This document shows, one piece after another, positions 32,042-42,364 of a stretch of DNA of 64,000 nt. The position numbers and the translations under genes were made by a program. The notes under the pieces were generated by a model, which worked only from the letters and a program-made list of their open reading frames with translations, was not told the DNA's origin and searched no databases. Positions within the stretch are counted from its first letter, which is position 1. Each line of letters starts with the position of its first letter. The stretch spans positions 52,894 through 116,893 of the IMG/VR virus record IMGVR_UViG_3300046786_000502. One strand, written 5' to 3'. Origin of the DNA: a virus.

Positions 32042-32239
32042 ATGTCAGAAAGCATGTTTGAATCATTATTTGGCTTTAGTAAAAAGCCTGCAGAAGCTCC
32101 TGTGGCAGATAGTATGCCCCTAACAAATGGAGAGGTGTTTGGAGATCTTAATCCAATTCACCAACGTATCAGTGACGCTGAGTGGGGTTCTAATCAGAAT
32201 GGACTACCTGACTCATGGCAATTGACAACAGACCAGTAA
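32042..32239 (+). CDS. Small hypothetical protein
   Basis: ATG directly after TGATATAAT promoter. Confidence 0.55.
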   Translation: MSESMFESLFGFSKKPAEAPVADSMPLTNGEVFGDLNPIHQRISDAEWGSNQNGLPDSWQLTTDQ

Positions 32240-33195
32240 ATACAAAAACTATATTTGTAACCATTCCGTCTTACAATGACGTATCTCTTTTGCGTACCCT
32301 AGACAGGGCATTAGAAACAGCACGGTATCCAGAGAACATATACTTCTGTATTGGGCTACAGTATTCTGAAGAACTTATGCCAGATCTATCTAAGTATAAA
32401 GACAACCCAAATTTTATTTTCCTAACATACGATGTAGATAAACGTCCAGGAGTTTATTGGATTAGAAGAGAGATGGCAGAGAAACACTCTGACCAAGACT
32501 ACTTCCTAATGATAGACTCACATATGAATTTTGTTGAAAACTGGGATGTTAGATTAATCAATGACTACGAGTCATTAGTTAGACATCATGGTACAAGGAC
32601 AATTCTCTCTAAGCCAACAATGTCTGAGGTTGGACATACATTTGATAATGGGCATATACATGATATCTGTAGGTGGAAAGCAGACTTTTCTTTTGATCCA
32701 AACAGTATAGAAAGAACAATACTGCCATGGGTTGATATGGTTCCATGGGATGGAACAAGATTTATTAAGCACCTTTTATCATGCAGCCACTTCTTTTTTA
32801 CTAACAAGCTTTGGCTTGAAGAGGTTGGGTTTTTCAATACCATCAGATCATATAGTGAAGAAATGACAATCGCTGTTTCATCCTTTTTATCTGGATGGGA
32901 CTTCTATTCTATGCCAGAATTTATACACATAGGTCATGATGATGACGAAACATCAAAGAAAATCTACGGAGGAATGTATACTCTGGCACAGGGTAAAAGG
33001 TATCAGGCAATCTTTGAGAATGATGAACTAAAGAAAGAGATTGATAGTTTTTGCTTGCTGGACAACTCCAATATCTTTAAGGTAAGAAATCAGGCAAGAT
33101 CGATAGATGAGTTTTATATTGAAGCTGGAGATGAGATATCTGATGCAAGAAAACAGCTATTGATTAATTTAAATCTAAATCAATTCCAAGCTTAA
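32215..33195 (+). CDS. GT60/Gnt1-like glycosyltransferase
   Basis: IFVTIPSYND, YFLMIDSHMNFVENWD, YSEE...A..SFLSGWD, RSIDEF. Confidence 0.8.
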   Translation: MAIDNRPVNTKTIFVTIPSYNDVSLLRTLDRALETARYPENIYFCIGLQYSEELMPDLSKYKDNPNFIFLTYDVDKRPGVYWIRREMAEKHSDQDYFLMIDSHMNFVENWDVRLINDYESLVRHHGTRTILSKPTMSEVGHTFDNGHIHDICRWKADFSFDPNSIERTILPWVDMVPWDGTRFIKHLLSCSHFFFTNKLWLEEVGFFNTIRSYSEEMTIAVSSFLSGWDFYSMPEFIHIGHDDDETSKKIYGGMYTLAQGKRYQAIFENDELKKEIDSFCLLDNSNIFKVRNQARSIDEFYIEAGDEISDARKQLLINLNLNQFQA

Positions 33196-33952
33196 GCTGC
33201 CTATCTTTAATTAGCTCAAGGTTAAGTTTATATTCTTCATCCATTTGCTGAGCCCATTCGCTTTTACGAACCATGTCCTTAATCAAATGATATTCTTCTG
33301 GCTTTTCTGTTGGCAAACCATTTGCAGCACCACTCGAAAAGTTAATGTCATCAGAAAAGTGTTCGGTTAGATGTTTTACTCTATCTTCAACTTCTTCTTT
33401 TGACAACACTCTTACATTATCCGACACACCAACTAGTCTGTGTATGTGTGGCAAGATGTCTGCAACCATAGATGTTGTCTGCTCAAATGTAAATGGTATA
33501 ACTCTGTTAATTGCTTTTCGTAGTCCATAGCTATAGCCAAGCCACATCATAGACTCCTGATACATTGACTCACGAATGTATTCTTCTTTTTGTGTCTTGA
33601 AGAATTCCATATTACCCTCAACAATCTCTGGTCTTCCAGCAATTGTTGCGTTACCATAACCATAAGATGTTTTTAAAATTTGCGAGGCAACGGCATCAAA
33701 AGGATCTCTCATTGTAGTAATCATGCTAATAGAGTCATCAAAGGTAGCATGAAAAAGCAATGGGTCATGTGCTAGGGTAATCCAGGTATCCTTATGGCTC
33801 CATTCGCCAGCATACCTTGGCTTATGCAAGTCTCTCTGATTGTGTCCATAAGACTCACGTAGAGTGTCAAAAAAGAATGAACTTGCTGACCGTGGCATGA
33901 AATTTAAAATTATTTTATACAAGACTTCCCCTATATTCGCATCGTTGTGCAT
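33164..33952 (-). CDS. Sulfotransferase-like protein
   Basis: PRSASS (5'-PSB-like) and RDPFDAVAS (3'-PB-like) motifs; start uncertain. Confidence 0.6.
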   Translation of the reverse strand: MHNDANIGEVLYKIILNFMPRSASSFFFDTLRESYGHNQRDLHKPRYAGEWSHKDTWITLAHDPLLFHATFDDSISMITTMRDPFDAVASQILKTSYGYGNATIAGRPEIVEGNMEFFKTQKEEYIRESMYQESMMWLGYSYGLRKAINRVIPFTFEQTTSMVADILPHIHRLVGVSDNVRVLSKEEVEDRVKHLTEHFSDDINFSSGAANGLPTEKPEEYHLIKDMVRKSEWAQQMDEEYKLNLELIKDRQLKLGIDLDLN

Positions 33953-35048
33953 TAATTATATCACGATACACGTCTGAAGGAATTTCGATGCCTTCATTAA
34001 AAGCAATTTCCTTGATTGCATCCACAAATGTTTGGTCAGATATGTATGCTGAGTTTTTTAAACATACCCTATCATCATTTTTAATCTCTAATGTTATTGG
34101 GTCATAGCCTAGAAAGTTTATAAACTCAGATATAGATCTGGTCTTATATGCTCCCCACGGTAGGTCATACCCTATATGACCACTCTCAAACACTTCCTTG
34201 AATTTCCTATATGATTCTTTGACCACATCAAGGTAGATACCTTCTAGCTCTTCTGTTTCCCATCTCACATGGCGATGCAAGTCTTTGTTCTTTTTGTGAT
34301 CATCATCCCAATAGTCAAAGTTATTTGTATACATGTGAATTGGAGATACTACCTCATATCCTGCAGTCCAGGTTCTTAGAAGCATTATCTGTTGTTCAAA
34401 TGGCTGTGCCATCTCCATTGGGTGTTGCACTGTTTTAGCATAATAAGCATCAGTGAATACACAATTACCATTATAAAATTTTTCTTTTATCATTAGGTTG
34501 TTTGGCTTTACGTGCACCCTGCCATTAAGAGGTGTGACTGCAGGTGATCGAATTACATCTTTAATTGACTCCCACTCTTCAAGATTTGCATATGCGGTTA
34601 GTGGGTCTGCCCACAGTGGGTCTTCCCATCCCAAAAAGTATACTGTTTGAGAATTGATTATACTTTTTCCAAAAGTTCTATTTGCAATAAGGTGCTCAGC
34701 CTTAAGCATTATGTCCCAATTTTTTCTAAACTTTGTGTGTGCATCTACCTGCATCCAATATTTTTCATCAGTCATAAAAGAATCAACGATATCTCTTTTA
34801 ATTTCACACAGAAATGGAGAGGCATCTCTGCCGTGAACCACCTTTAGCTTAAGATTAACTATCTCAGATAAAGATGCAATCTTTTCAATCATCCACTCGT
34901 CACCATCCAGCACCTGTAGAAGTACTCCATAGGTTATGCTATCTGGATTTAATGCCTGACTATGTGCAGACATGATCGTTTCATATACCATTGGATCTCT
35001 CCATGCTGGTATGGATACAAAAATACTCAAATTCTTCCTCTCAGCCAC
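33915..35048 (-). CDS. GT60/Gnt1-like glycosyltransferase
   Basis: IFVSIPAWRDP, YWMQVDAHTKFRKNWD, FEQ..M.LRTWTAGY, RSISEF. Confidence 0.8.
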   Translation of the reverse strand: MAERKNLSIFVSIPAWRDPMVYETIMSAHSQALNPDSITYGVLLQVLDGDEWMIEKIASLSEIVNLKLKVVHGRDASPFLCEIKRDIVDSFMTDEKYWMQVDAHTKFRKNWDIMLKAEHLIANRTFGKSIINSQTVYFLGWEDPLWADPLTAYANLEEWESIKDVIRSPAVTPLNGRVHVKPNNLMIKEKFYNGNCVFTDAYYAKTVQHPMEMAQPFEQQIMLLRTWTAGYEVVSPIHMYTNNFDYWDDDHKKNKDLHRHVRWETEELEGIYLDVVKESYRKFKEVFESGHIGYDLPWGAYKTRSISEFINFLGYDPITLEIKNDDRVCLKNSAYISDQTFVDAIKEIAFNEGIEIPSDVYRDIINAQRCEYRGSLV

Positions 35049-35266
35049 TCACGCTGTTTGTGACAGTTTGAGCAAACAACATCACACTTTTTTACTTCAC
35101 GCCAAGCAGCATCTTTTCCATGTTTTCTGAGAACCCTATAGACAAGGTCTATCTTCTTTACACCAGGACGGTGATCAAATTCAAGTATATAGTGGGGGTA
35201 CTTGACCTTACAGTCTTTACACCCCATCCGTTCCTTGTAGGCCTGAAACTCAGAATACTGATTCAT
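35027..35266 (-). CDS. Small HNH-like zinc-binding protein
   Basis: CKDC, EFDH, KCDVVCSNCH. Confidence 0.7.
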   Translation of the reverse strand: MNQYSEFQAYKERMGCKDCKVKYPHYILEFDHRPGVKKIDLVYRVLRKHGKDAAWREVKKCDVVCSNCHKQREWLRGRI

Positions 35267-35304
35267 TACATATATTATATCAAATTTAGCGGTATAATGA
35301 ATGT

Positions 35305-35529
35305 ATGAATATTGAAGCTTATGACAATGAGATTGATGAAAGACATCAACTATTGCTACAAAGAATAGATGATATCACATCTGAGATATATAGTCTTGGT
35401 GCCATCGAAGAAAGACAAGCCATCATGGGCAAGCTAAGAACCTTGATACACCTAAAAGATTACGAAAATGATGAGATTGCATCTGCTGTCCTTGGTTGGG
35501 CATATGAGCAGTTAGCATCGGCTGACTAG
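35305..35529 (+). CDS. Hypothetical protein
   Basis: ORF after GGTATAAT. Confidence 0.6.
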   Translation: MNIEAYDNEIDERHQLLLQRIDDITSEIYSLGAIEERQAIMGKLRTLIHLKDYENDEIASAVLGWAYEQLASAD

Positions 35530-36359
35530 TGTCACCTGCTGCAAACCCACGTGATCCTAAATTTAGTTCTGCCTTATGGACTAGGACATCTGACAATACC
35601 AGACTATCTGATTTTAAATATATCCCTGCAGAAAAAATACTAGACAATCTAAATGCATCTGAACTGCTGCATGGCATGAATGGGTTCAGGATGTGTGAAC
35701 ATTTTTCAAATCTTGAAGACTTGCCAACAAAAGATGAACACCTTATTAAGCTAAACAATAATAAGAAGAATGTGCTATTTGCAGGCTGCTCAATGACATC
35801 TGGGACTGGCTTAGAGATTGGTGAAAGATGGGTAGACAAGGTATATCTAGATTTAAATAAAGATAAAGAATATTCTGGACTGTTTAATTTAGGTCAAGAG
35901 GGTGGGGGTATGCAAAGTCAGATTAGGTACATATTTAAATATTGCCAAGAATATGGGATACCAGACCTAATCATTTTTAATATTCCAGACTTCTGGAGAA
36001 TGACAATTGACGATAATACATACAAGGTATACTCAAGCAGCCCATCTACCTATTCTCAGGATGCTGTGGGTAAGCTTGTATGCTCTGCTGGCAAGCAACT
36101 ATATGAATCCCTAGAGATCTTTTGTGATTTAAATAAAATTGATTTACTTTCATTTTCTTGGGACAGGGTAACAAATAGTATATTAAAAGATTTTAAGACA
36201 TTCATGCTAATTGATGAAAAAGATATACAAAAAGAAATCTTCAATTATGATGATGGTGGCAAATATGCTATACTGGCAAGAGACGACATCCATCCAGGAA
36301 CTGCCACCCATATGGCATGGTCAAAAAGAATACTTGACAAATTAGCCCAAATGCTGTAA
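35529..36359 (+). CDS. SGNH-like hydrolase, paralog of 14419-15228
   Basis: NGFRMCEHF, FAGCSMTSG, DDIHPG. Confidence 0.7.
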   Translation: MSPAANPRDPKFSSALWTRTSDNTRLSDFKYIPAEKILDNLNASELLHGMNGFRMCEHFSNLEDLPTKDEHLIKLNNNKKNVLFAGCSMTSGTGLEIGERWVDKVYLDLNKDKEYSGLFNLGQEGGGMQSQIRYIFKYCQEYGIPDLIIFNIPDFWRMTIDDNTYKVYSSSPSTYSQDAVGKLVCSAGKQLYESLEIFCDLNKIDLLSFSWDRVTNSILKDFKTFMLIDEKDIQKEIFNYDDGGKYAILARDDIHPGTATHMAWSKRILDKLAQML

Positions 36360-36514
36360 ACTATTTTTATGGCAAAACACAGAGAAGAAACAATGTATTG
36401 GCTAGATCGTTTACGCATATACGTATTCTTTTTAAAGAATAGGTGGTACTTTTTCGTTAAGCCAAAGCTAAAAAAGAAACTAAATAATATAAAGAGTTAT
36501 ATTCAGCAACGCCT

Positions 36515-36588
36515 GGGGCAGTAGTTCAGGTGGTTAGAGCACCACTCTTATAAGGTGGCTGTCGTTGGTTCAAGTCCAACCTGCCCTA
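36515..36588 (+). tRNA. tRNA-Ile(TAT)
   Basis: ccact-CTTATAA-ggtgg arm; full cloverleaf; A73. Confidence 0.88.
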
Positions 36589-36619
36589 CAAACAAAACAA
36601 ATAATGATTGGAGAAACAA

Positions 36620-36910
36620 ATGATTAAACCTCTTGAAGATAAGGTTCTTGTAAAGCCTATTGAGGAAGAAGAAAAGACAAGTGCAAGCGGATTGATTATC
36701 TCAAAGCTTGAGAAAGAAAAGCCAACAGAAGCAATTGTTATTGCAGTTGGTCCTGGATTCACTGCAGCAAATGGAGACAAGGTCACTATTGACCTAAAGC
36801 CAGGTGACAAGGTTATCTATTCTAAGTACTCTGGTACTGAGGTTGAACACAACTTTGAGAATTTTATTATCCTGCCATACCGTGACATTTTTGCAGTAAT
36901 CGAGGAATAA
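36620..36910 (+). CDS. groES: Co-chaperonin GroES
   Basis: IKPLEDKVLV, TSASGLII, AVGPG, GDKVIYSKYSGTEV. Confidence 0.93.
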   Translation: MIKPLEDKVLVKPIEEEEKTSASGLIISKLEKEKPTEAIVIAVGPGFTAANGDKVTIDLKPGDKVIYSKYSGTEVEHNFENFIILPYRDIFAVIEE

Positions 36911-37077
36911 TGGAACACTTTCTAGATGTAGTATTTGGTGTAGATCACATCGTTGCAGAATTTTTTTGGAATGCAGTATTTGCTTTGGTTGTATTTTTAT
37001 TTTCTAAAGCAAATGCACTACGAAAAATTCATAAATATATTGATGATAGGCACGAGGTAAAGCATGACAAGTACTGA
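36910..37077 (+). CDS. Small membrane protein (not in ORF track)
   Basis: MEHFLDVVFGVDHIVAEFFWNAVFALVVFLF...; TAATG overlap. Confidence 0.6.
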   Translation: MEHFLDVVFGVDHIVAEFFWNAVFALVVFLFSKANALRKIHKYIDDRHEVKHDKY

Positions 37078-37279
37078 GCTGTCCTGTAATTGGCCAGAGT
37101 CATATCTACATGTTACACAAAATCTGCTCGATGATCAACGCAAGCATCAAAGGTTTGCGGTTTATAATGAAATCATCAAAGATCTTGAGTCAGAATTATA
37201 TGCAAATAAGGGTGAAGATTTGTACTATGCCACAGCGATTGAGTCTCTAATAGATAGGCTTAAGAGCAAGGTGGCATAG
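37064..37279 (+). CDS. Hypothetical protein
   Basis: GAGG RBS, ORF in operon. Confidence 0.55.
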   Translation: MTSTELSCNWPESYLHVTQNLLDDQRKHQRFAVYNEIIKDLESELYANKGEDLYYATAIESLIDRLKSKVA

Positions 37280-37287
37280 CCCATCAT

Positions 37288-37361
<74 letters not shown>

Positions 37362-37380
37362 CAACTGATATAATATTATT

Positions 37381-37929
37381 ATGGTTAAAGTAATTAAGAA
37401 TTTTGTAAGTCCTGCAGATGCAAAGACGGTAGTTGACTTTATAGAAGATAATCACAAGCAATCCTTCAAATACAACGATGATCGTAAACGCTTTATGTTG
37501 CGATTTGGTTATGATGAAGAGCTTCCAGACCAAGCAATACATAGCATGTATGTTGTATCTAGCATTAGAAATGTTCTTATAGATATTTTTAAAAAGACAA
37601 ATAAAGAAGTTGGATATGATGTATTTCTAACCTCATGGTTTATGTCTAAACAAATTCCTGGAGCCAAGCTTACACCACACAAGGATGGCTGTGATGGTCT
37701 TAATGAGCACCTAGACTACACCGCAATGCTTTACCTAAACTCATCTGCTGATGGTGGAGCAATTGGCTTTACAGAAAGCGGTATTGAGATAGTTCCTGAA
37801 CTGGGTGACCTAATCATATTTAAATCTCAAGAAGATGAGCACTATGTAACTGATGTATTAGAAGATAGATATTCATTGCCAATGTGGTTTTCAAAAGATC
37901 AGAGCAAGAAGTTTGACACAAATCGTTAA
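37381..37929 (+). CDS. 2OG-Fe(II) oxygenase (prolyl 4-hydroxylase-like)
   Basis: PHKD, TAMLYLN, GGAIGF, HYV, RYSLPMWF. Confidence 0.88.
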   Translation: MVKVIKNFVSPADAKTVVDFIEDNHKQSFKYNDDRKRFMLRFGYDEELPDQAIHSMYVVSSIRNVLIDIFKKTNKEVGYDVFLTSWFMSKQIPGAKLTPHKDGCDGLNEHLDYTAMLYLNSSADGGAIGFTESGIEIVPELGDLIIFKSQEDEHYVTDVLEDRYSLPMWFSKDQSKKFDTNR

Positions 37930-37947
37930 ACATGCTATACTTATATA

Positions 37948-38142
37948 ATGACAGAAAATGCCAAGTGTCCAGGATGTGGAAATCTAGAGGTGGTTCCAAT
38001 CCAGTATGGCTATCCCACACCTACACTAATTGAACGTGCAAAGAAGGAAGAGATTGCATTAGGTGGTCTTTATGATCACGGATATACGCACTATTGTTAC
38101 AAGTGCCACGAAACATATCCAGCAACAGAATATCCTACGTGA
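37948..38142 (+). CDS. Small zinc-finger protein
   Basis: CPGCG...VPIQYGYP...LGG...CYKC. Confidence 0.7.
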   Translation: MTENAKCPGCGNLEVVPIQYGYPTPTLIERAKKEEIALGGLYDHGYTHYCYKCHETYPATEYPT

Positions 38143-38153
38143 TTTACATCACA
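38138..38153. promoter_or_regulatory. CRP-like site upstream of the transglycosylase gene
   Basis: CGTGA-N6-TCACA upstream of a TTGCTT..TAAACT promoter. Confidence 0.4.
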
Positions 38154-38252
38154 TCGCAATTTGCTTTTAAACTTAATATATGGTAAACTAATACATAGTA
38201 TGAAGACACCCTTTAACAAGGTGTCTTTATGCATCTATAGGAGGTACTAAGT

Positions 38253-38858
38253 ATGATAAGACCAGAAGATAATCCGAAGGTCATCATGGCTGGACTCACA
38301 GTCATCGCAACTCTGGTGACGTTTAGTCAAGTTTCTGCTGCAAATGCAGAAATGATAAACAAACCTGGTGTTGCCACAGTAGGGGCTCCTACACCGTCTC
38401 TGTCTCCCACAGCAACGGTTGTAAAAGAACCCTCTATTAATAAGCTGGTTGCTGAAAATGCAAAAAAGCTAACTACAACTAAATATGATGGGAGCGATGC
38501 ATTAACTCCACGTGAGTTACAACTTTTGCTTTATAAAGTTGGTTTTCGTGGTCAGAACCTAAAAGAAGCCTGGTGTATAGCAATGAGAGAGTCTTCAGGC
38601 AGACCTATGGCTCACAACACAAATGCATCTACTGGTGATAATTCATATGGATTGTTTCAAATCAATATGATTGGTTCACTTGGTACGGATCGTCAGGACA
38701 AGTATGGGCTAAAAACCTATAATGACCTGTTTGACCCAGTCACTAATGCTGAGATTGCATTTCAAATGTCCAATGGTGGAGAGAATTGGTCAGCTTGGAA
38801 GGGCATGAATGCAGGTGCAAGACAATGGTTAGATAATTACCCAGGCAATGTTAACTAA
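38253..38858 (+). CDS. Secreted lysozyme-like lytic transglycosylase (SLT/Rpf-like)
   Basis: Signal peptide; AMRESSG, GLFQIN, DPVTNA, WSAW. Confidence 0.85.
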   Translation: MIRPEDNPKVIMAGLTVIATLVTFSQVSAANAEMINKPGVATVGAPTPSLSPTATVVKEPSINKLVAENAKKLTTTKYDGSDALTPRELQLLLYKVGFRGQNLKEAWCIAMRESSGRPMAHNTNASTGDNSYGLFQINMIGSLGTDRQDKYGLKTYNDLFDPVTNAEIAFQMSNGGENWSAWKGMNAGARQWLDNYPGNVN

Positions 38859-39324
38859 TCACGTTGGTAACGTCTATCCCTACCTAGAGAAGTTTTGGAT
38901 TACATTAGAAAACCAAGCTGCTCTAGGTGGGGTAGATTGGGTAGTAGATGAGGCTGGCAACAAGTCAGTAACAATTCCGTTTAATGGTTATGAGAGAGAC
39001 CCATATGCCATAAACGATGAGAAATATAAGTTTGAAGTTAAGATGATTAGATTCATCATGGACTCTGAGATATTAAAATATGTGCCAGACTTTAGAAACA
39101 TATTTGAGCTTCAAATTATTTTAACAAAAGATCATAAAGCAATCAATTTTCCAGAAAAAGATTATCTTTTATATTTTCCAACAACCAACTCTTTAGCTAC
39201 TCTATTCAGAGGCATACCAGTTGATGAAAGAGTGTGGGATGTAACGCAATCAGTTATGATTATTAAGTACGATACTAATTATTTTGCATCGCCACAGACA
39301 GAGCAAGATCCAACACAATCTTGA
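38848..39324 (+). CDS. Hypothetical protein
   Basis: ORF overlapping previous stop. Confidence 0.55.
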   Translation: MLTNHVGNVYPYLEKFWITLENQAALGGVDWVVDEAGNKSVTIPFNGYERDPYAINDEKYKFEVKMIRFIMDSEILKYVPDFRNIFELQIILTKDHKAINFPEKDYLLYFPTTNSLATLFRGIPVDERVWDVTQSVMIIKYDTNYFASPQTEQDPTQS

Positions 39325-39500
39325 CAAGCATCTGAATTAGCTATTTTCTGAATTACTTCTGGTTTTCTATAGTCAAAGTTAAAAGTAATACATGCTACAT
39401 GCTCACCACGCATACCAAGAATCCATGCCACACCATTAAGTATCTTAGATTTCCATTCTGGCATATCTAGAATTGAAAGTCCAGTAATCTCTTTATTCAT
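39279..39500 (-). CDS. Hypothetical Cys-containing protein
   Basis: AGGAAAG RBS then MNKEITG; C-terminal CxxC pairs. Confidence 0.5.
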   Translation of the reverse strand: MNKEITGLSILDMPEWKSKILNGVAWILGMRGEHVACITFNFDYRKPEVIQKIANSDACQDCVGSCSVCGDAK

Positions 39501-39951
39501 TGTCTTTCCTAACTGTTGCTGCTTTAATAACATTACACTGACCATGTGATGGCCTTACGTTATCTATTGTATCAGTGCCACCCTTTGATAATGGAAATAC
39601 GTGATCAATGTGCAGTGACTTTTCCCATCCAGGCTTGCCACACTGTCGAGGGGCATCAAGATCAATCGGTCCAAGACAAATATGACACCTAACACCGTAT
39701 ATCTGCAATACTTCTATATCTGAGTAAAACCCTACTTCACCCTTGTATCTTCTACCCCTACGATTACCACCAGGAGTACGCTGTCTCCAAGCCCTACGAA
39801 GCACGTTAATGTCTTCATTTCTCTCTACACGCTGCTTCTTCCAATGGGCTCTCATAGCCTCCCTACAGGGCGTACAGGGCTCTTCTCGCAGCTTTCTGGT
39901 ATGTTTGTTATACCCAGACATGGTTCCACAGTTTTCTAGCACGGTACTCAT
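39493..39951 (-). CDS. HNH endonuclease
   Basis: CGT..GY..H...EPCTPC N-terminal motif; CHIC, HIDHVFPLSKGG, NVRPSHGQCN. Confidence 0.88.
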   Translation of the reverse strand: MSTVLENCGTMSGYNKHTRKLREEPCTPCREAMRAHWKKQRVERNEDINVLRRAWRQRTPGGNRRGRRYKGEVGFYSDIEVLQIYGVRCHICLGPIDLDAPRQCGKPGWEKSLHIDHVFPLSKGGTDTIDNVRPSHGQCNVIKAATVRKDNE

Positions 39952-39999
39952 CTAACAATTATCTCATAAAACAGGATAATACGCAAGTATAATTGTCTT

Positions 40000-40194
40000 A
40001 TGGATCTTTATGATGAACTTGGAAATATACTTTTTAAGATAGGCACTGAGGTAAAAGTTCACAAATTACCAGATGGCAACCTTATATTAGATATTGATTA
40101 CGATAGGTACATAGAAGAAATCCTATGCCTATTTGATGATTTCTTAGATTACCAAGAATATCTTAAAGAATCTCAGCCCAAATGGGAAGAGTAA
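40000..40194 (+). CDS. Hypothetical protein
   Basis: ORF after TATAAT. Confidence 0.5.
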   Translation: MDLYDELGNILFKIGTEVKVHKLPDGNLILDIDYDRYIEEILCLFDDFLDYQEYLKESQPKWEE

Positions 40195-40750
40195 TTCTTG
40201 CCCCACTCGTAATCTCTTCTACCTCGTGAGCGTAATTTAGGTTTCCAGGGAAGAATATTAGCTCACCAGCCTCTGGACTGATTGATAGGTTGTGGGTAGG
40301 GAAGTTAATGTTTCCACCTTCGTAATCATCATTTAGATATATAACTGCAGATAGTTGGTTCTCACCACTGCCAAGATCGTCTACGTGAAGGTCCATCTTT
40401 TTAGACTGTTCCCACTGAACTAGGTATGAGCCACCAACAAACTTACAATCAACACCAAATGTAGACTTAAATAGATTAAGAACTCTCGTTGTATATGGCT
40501 GGATAATTGCATCTGACCTAGGTGTTCTCCAGATCATTCCAGACCACTGACCTGGGGTATCGTCTGCTGGGATGTTATTAACCAAGTCTATTAGTGATTG
40601 CCTGTCTTCGGCTGAAATAAAGTTTTTTACTCTATGTATGTGCTCTACACCAGATGCAGTTCGGGCGAAAAAATCTTCATAATTTTTACTACGCACAAAT
40701 GAGTCTGGGCTATGGCCAACCCCTTTGCCGTTAATACGATAATCATTCAT
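40163..40750 (-). CDS. 2OG-Fe(II) oxygenase (prolyl 4-hydroxylase-like)
   Basis: LHVD, SAVIYLNDDYEGG, FFPG, HEVEEITSGAR. Confidence 0.9.
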   Translation of the reverse strand: MNDYRINGKGVGHSPDSFVRSKNYEDFFARTASGVEHIHRVKNFISAEDRQSLIDLVNNIPADDTPGQWSGMIWRTPRSDAIIQPYTTRVLNLFKSTFGVDCKFVGGSYLVQWEQSKKMDLHVDDLGSGENQLSAVIYLNDDYEGGNINFPTHNLSISPEAGELIFFPGNLNYAHEVEEITSGARITLPIWAEIL

Positions 40751-40847
40751 ATTAAAAGTATATCACGCTTGAAAGCTCGGCGGTAAATAAGAAGGCAATC
40801 CAAGCCACAGGCTTGACAAATTCTACTATCTGCTCTATAATAGAAGC

Positions 40848-41555
40848 ATGAATAAAGAAGAATCTAAGATTAACGTACTTGACAAGGGATACATACGACT
40901 AGTAGATACTTTGGGTGATGATCTATCCATTGTAAATGCTGCACGTGTTAGCTACGATAAGGAGAGCACAGAGTTTGCTGAGAGAGATGGCAAACTAATC
41001 GACTTTCTTATTCGTGAGGGACACACCAGCCCACTAAGACATGCTGCCCTAACCTTTGAAATCTATGCACCACTAATGGTTGCTAGACAGTGGTGGAAGT
41101 ACGCAGTAGCATCCACACATGTAGATGACCAGAATGGCTGGAATGAATCGTCTAGACGATATATTACTGAGCGTGAAGAGTTCTATATTCCAAGTGCTTC
41201 TTCTTGGCGTAGCAAGCCAGAGAATAGCAAGCAGGGTAGTGGGGAGCCAATCAGTGCTAGTATTGGATTCTATTATACTAATAAGCTTAATGAAACTATT
41301 ATCAAGGCAGAAAGCCTATATCAGGAAGCAATGAACGATGGTATTGCACCTGAGTTAGCACGTCTGTTCCTACCTGCATACTCGATGTATGTACGCTGGC
41401 GATGGACTGTATCCCTACAGGGTGCTTTGACATTCCTAGACCAGCGTCTAGAGCATGATGCACAGGTAGAGATTCAGGAGTATGCTAAGGCAGTTAATGA
41501 TCTAACAGCACAGGCATTCCCAGAAGTAATGCAGTCGTGGAAAGATTTGAAGTAA
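40848..41555 (+). CDS. thyX: Flavin-dependent thymidylate synthase
   Basis: IVNAARVSY, GHTSPLRH, VARQW, NESSRRY, ELARLFLP, AQVEIQEYA. Confidence 0.93.
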   Translation: MNKEESKINVLDKGYIRLVDTLGDDLSIVNAARVSYDKESTEFAERDGKLIDFLIREGHTSPLRHAALTFEIYAPLMVARQWWKYAVASTHVDDQNGWNESSRRYITEREEFYIPSASSWRSKPENSKQGSGEPISASIGFYYTNKLNETIIKAESLYQEAMNDGIAPELARLFLPAYSMYVRWRWTVSLQGALTFLDQRLEHDAQVEIQEYAKAVNDLTAQAFPEVMQSWKDLK

Positions 41556-41670
41556 TGGCAATTGGAGACTATTTTATAATGCTAGAAGCTATTGCGTCTA
41601 GTGCTATTGAAGGAATTACTCTTACAGAAGAAGAACAAAATAAACTATTAATGGAAGCACTGATGAAATA

Positions 41671-42075
41671 ATGAATGATATTGAAAAACTACAAGACATT
41701 AGCCGTTTGCTGGATGAAGCATACCAGCACTATTTCTCCTATGAGGGACACTGTAAGTCCTCTGAAGGCTGGATTAGCGTAGAGTATGGAAACTACTGGG
41801 AACGCTCTGAGAATCCCTCTGAGGTCCCTATCAGGAACGTCTGCATCTACTCATACGTATTCTGTGAAGAAGGTCGTAGCCAGGACTTTGCCAGCCTAGA
41901 TGAAGCACTAGAGACGGTACGTGAATGGCATGCTAAAGAGATGGCATATGACTATAATGCACCTGAAGAGGTAGCAGCACGTGAAGAAATGGATCAATTT
42001 GCTGCTGAATGGTTGCAGGAAATGCAGGCTAGTGGTAAACTAGAGGTACACATAATTGGAAATGAAGATGATTAA
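41671..42075 (+). CDS. Hypothetical protein
   Basis: ORF in operon. Confidence 0.6.
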   Translation: MNDIEKLQDISRLLDEAYQHYFSYEGHCKSSEGWISVEYGNYWERSENPSEVPIRNVCIYSYVFCEEGRSQDFASLDEALETVREWHAKEMAYDYNAPEEVAAREEMDQFAAEWLQEMQASGKLEVHIIGNEDD

Positions 42076-42364
42076 ATATAGACATTATGGGCCAAACAGA
42101 TTTGATTCTAGCAAATTCTATGGATTCTGCATTGACCTACATCCAAAGTATAAGGGCATAGATATTTATTTTGGTAGACATGTATTTGTATTTTGGAAGG
42201 GGTACAGGAAGTAATGGATAGGGCAGAACTAATCCTGCAACACATAGAGCGTAATTTAGGGGCAGACCTAAAGAGAAGCACAAACCTACCACAACAGGTA
42301 GCATTTCAATTTGCTAAGAAGTACTCACAGTACTTGAGAGCATCATTCGATATAAAGGAAGAAA

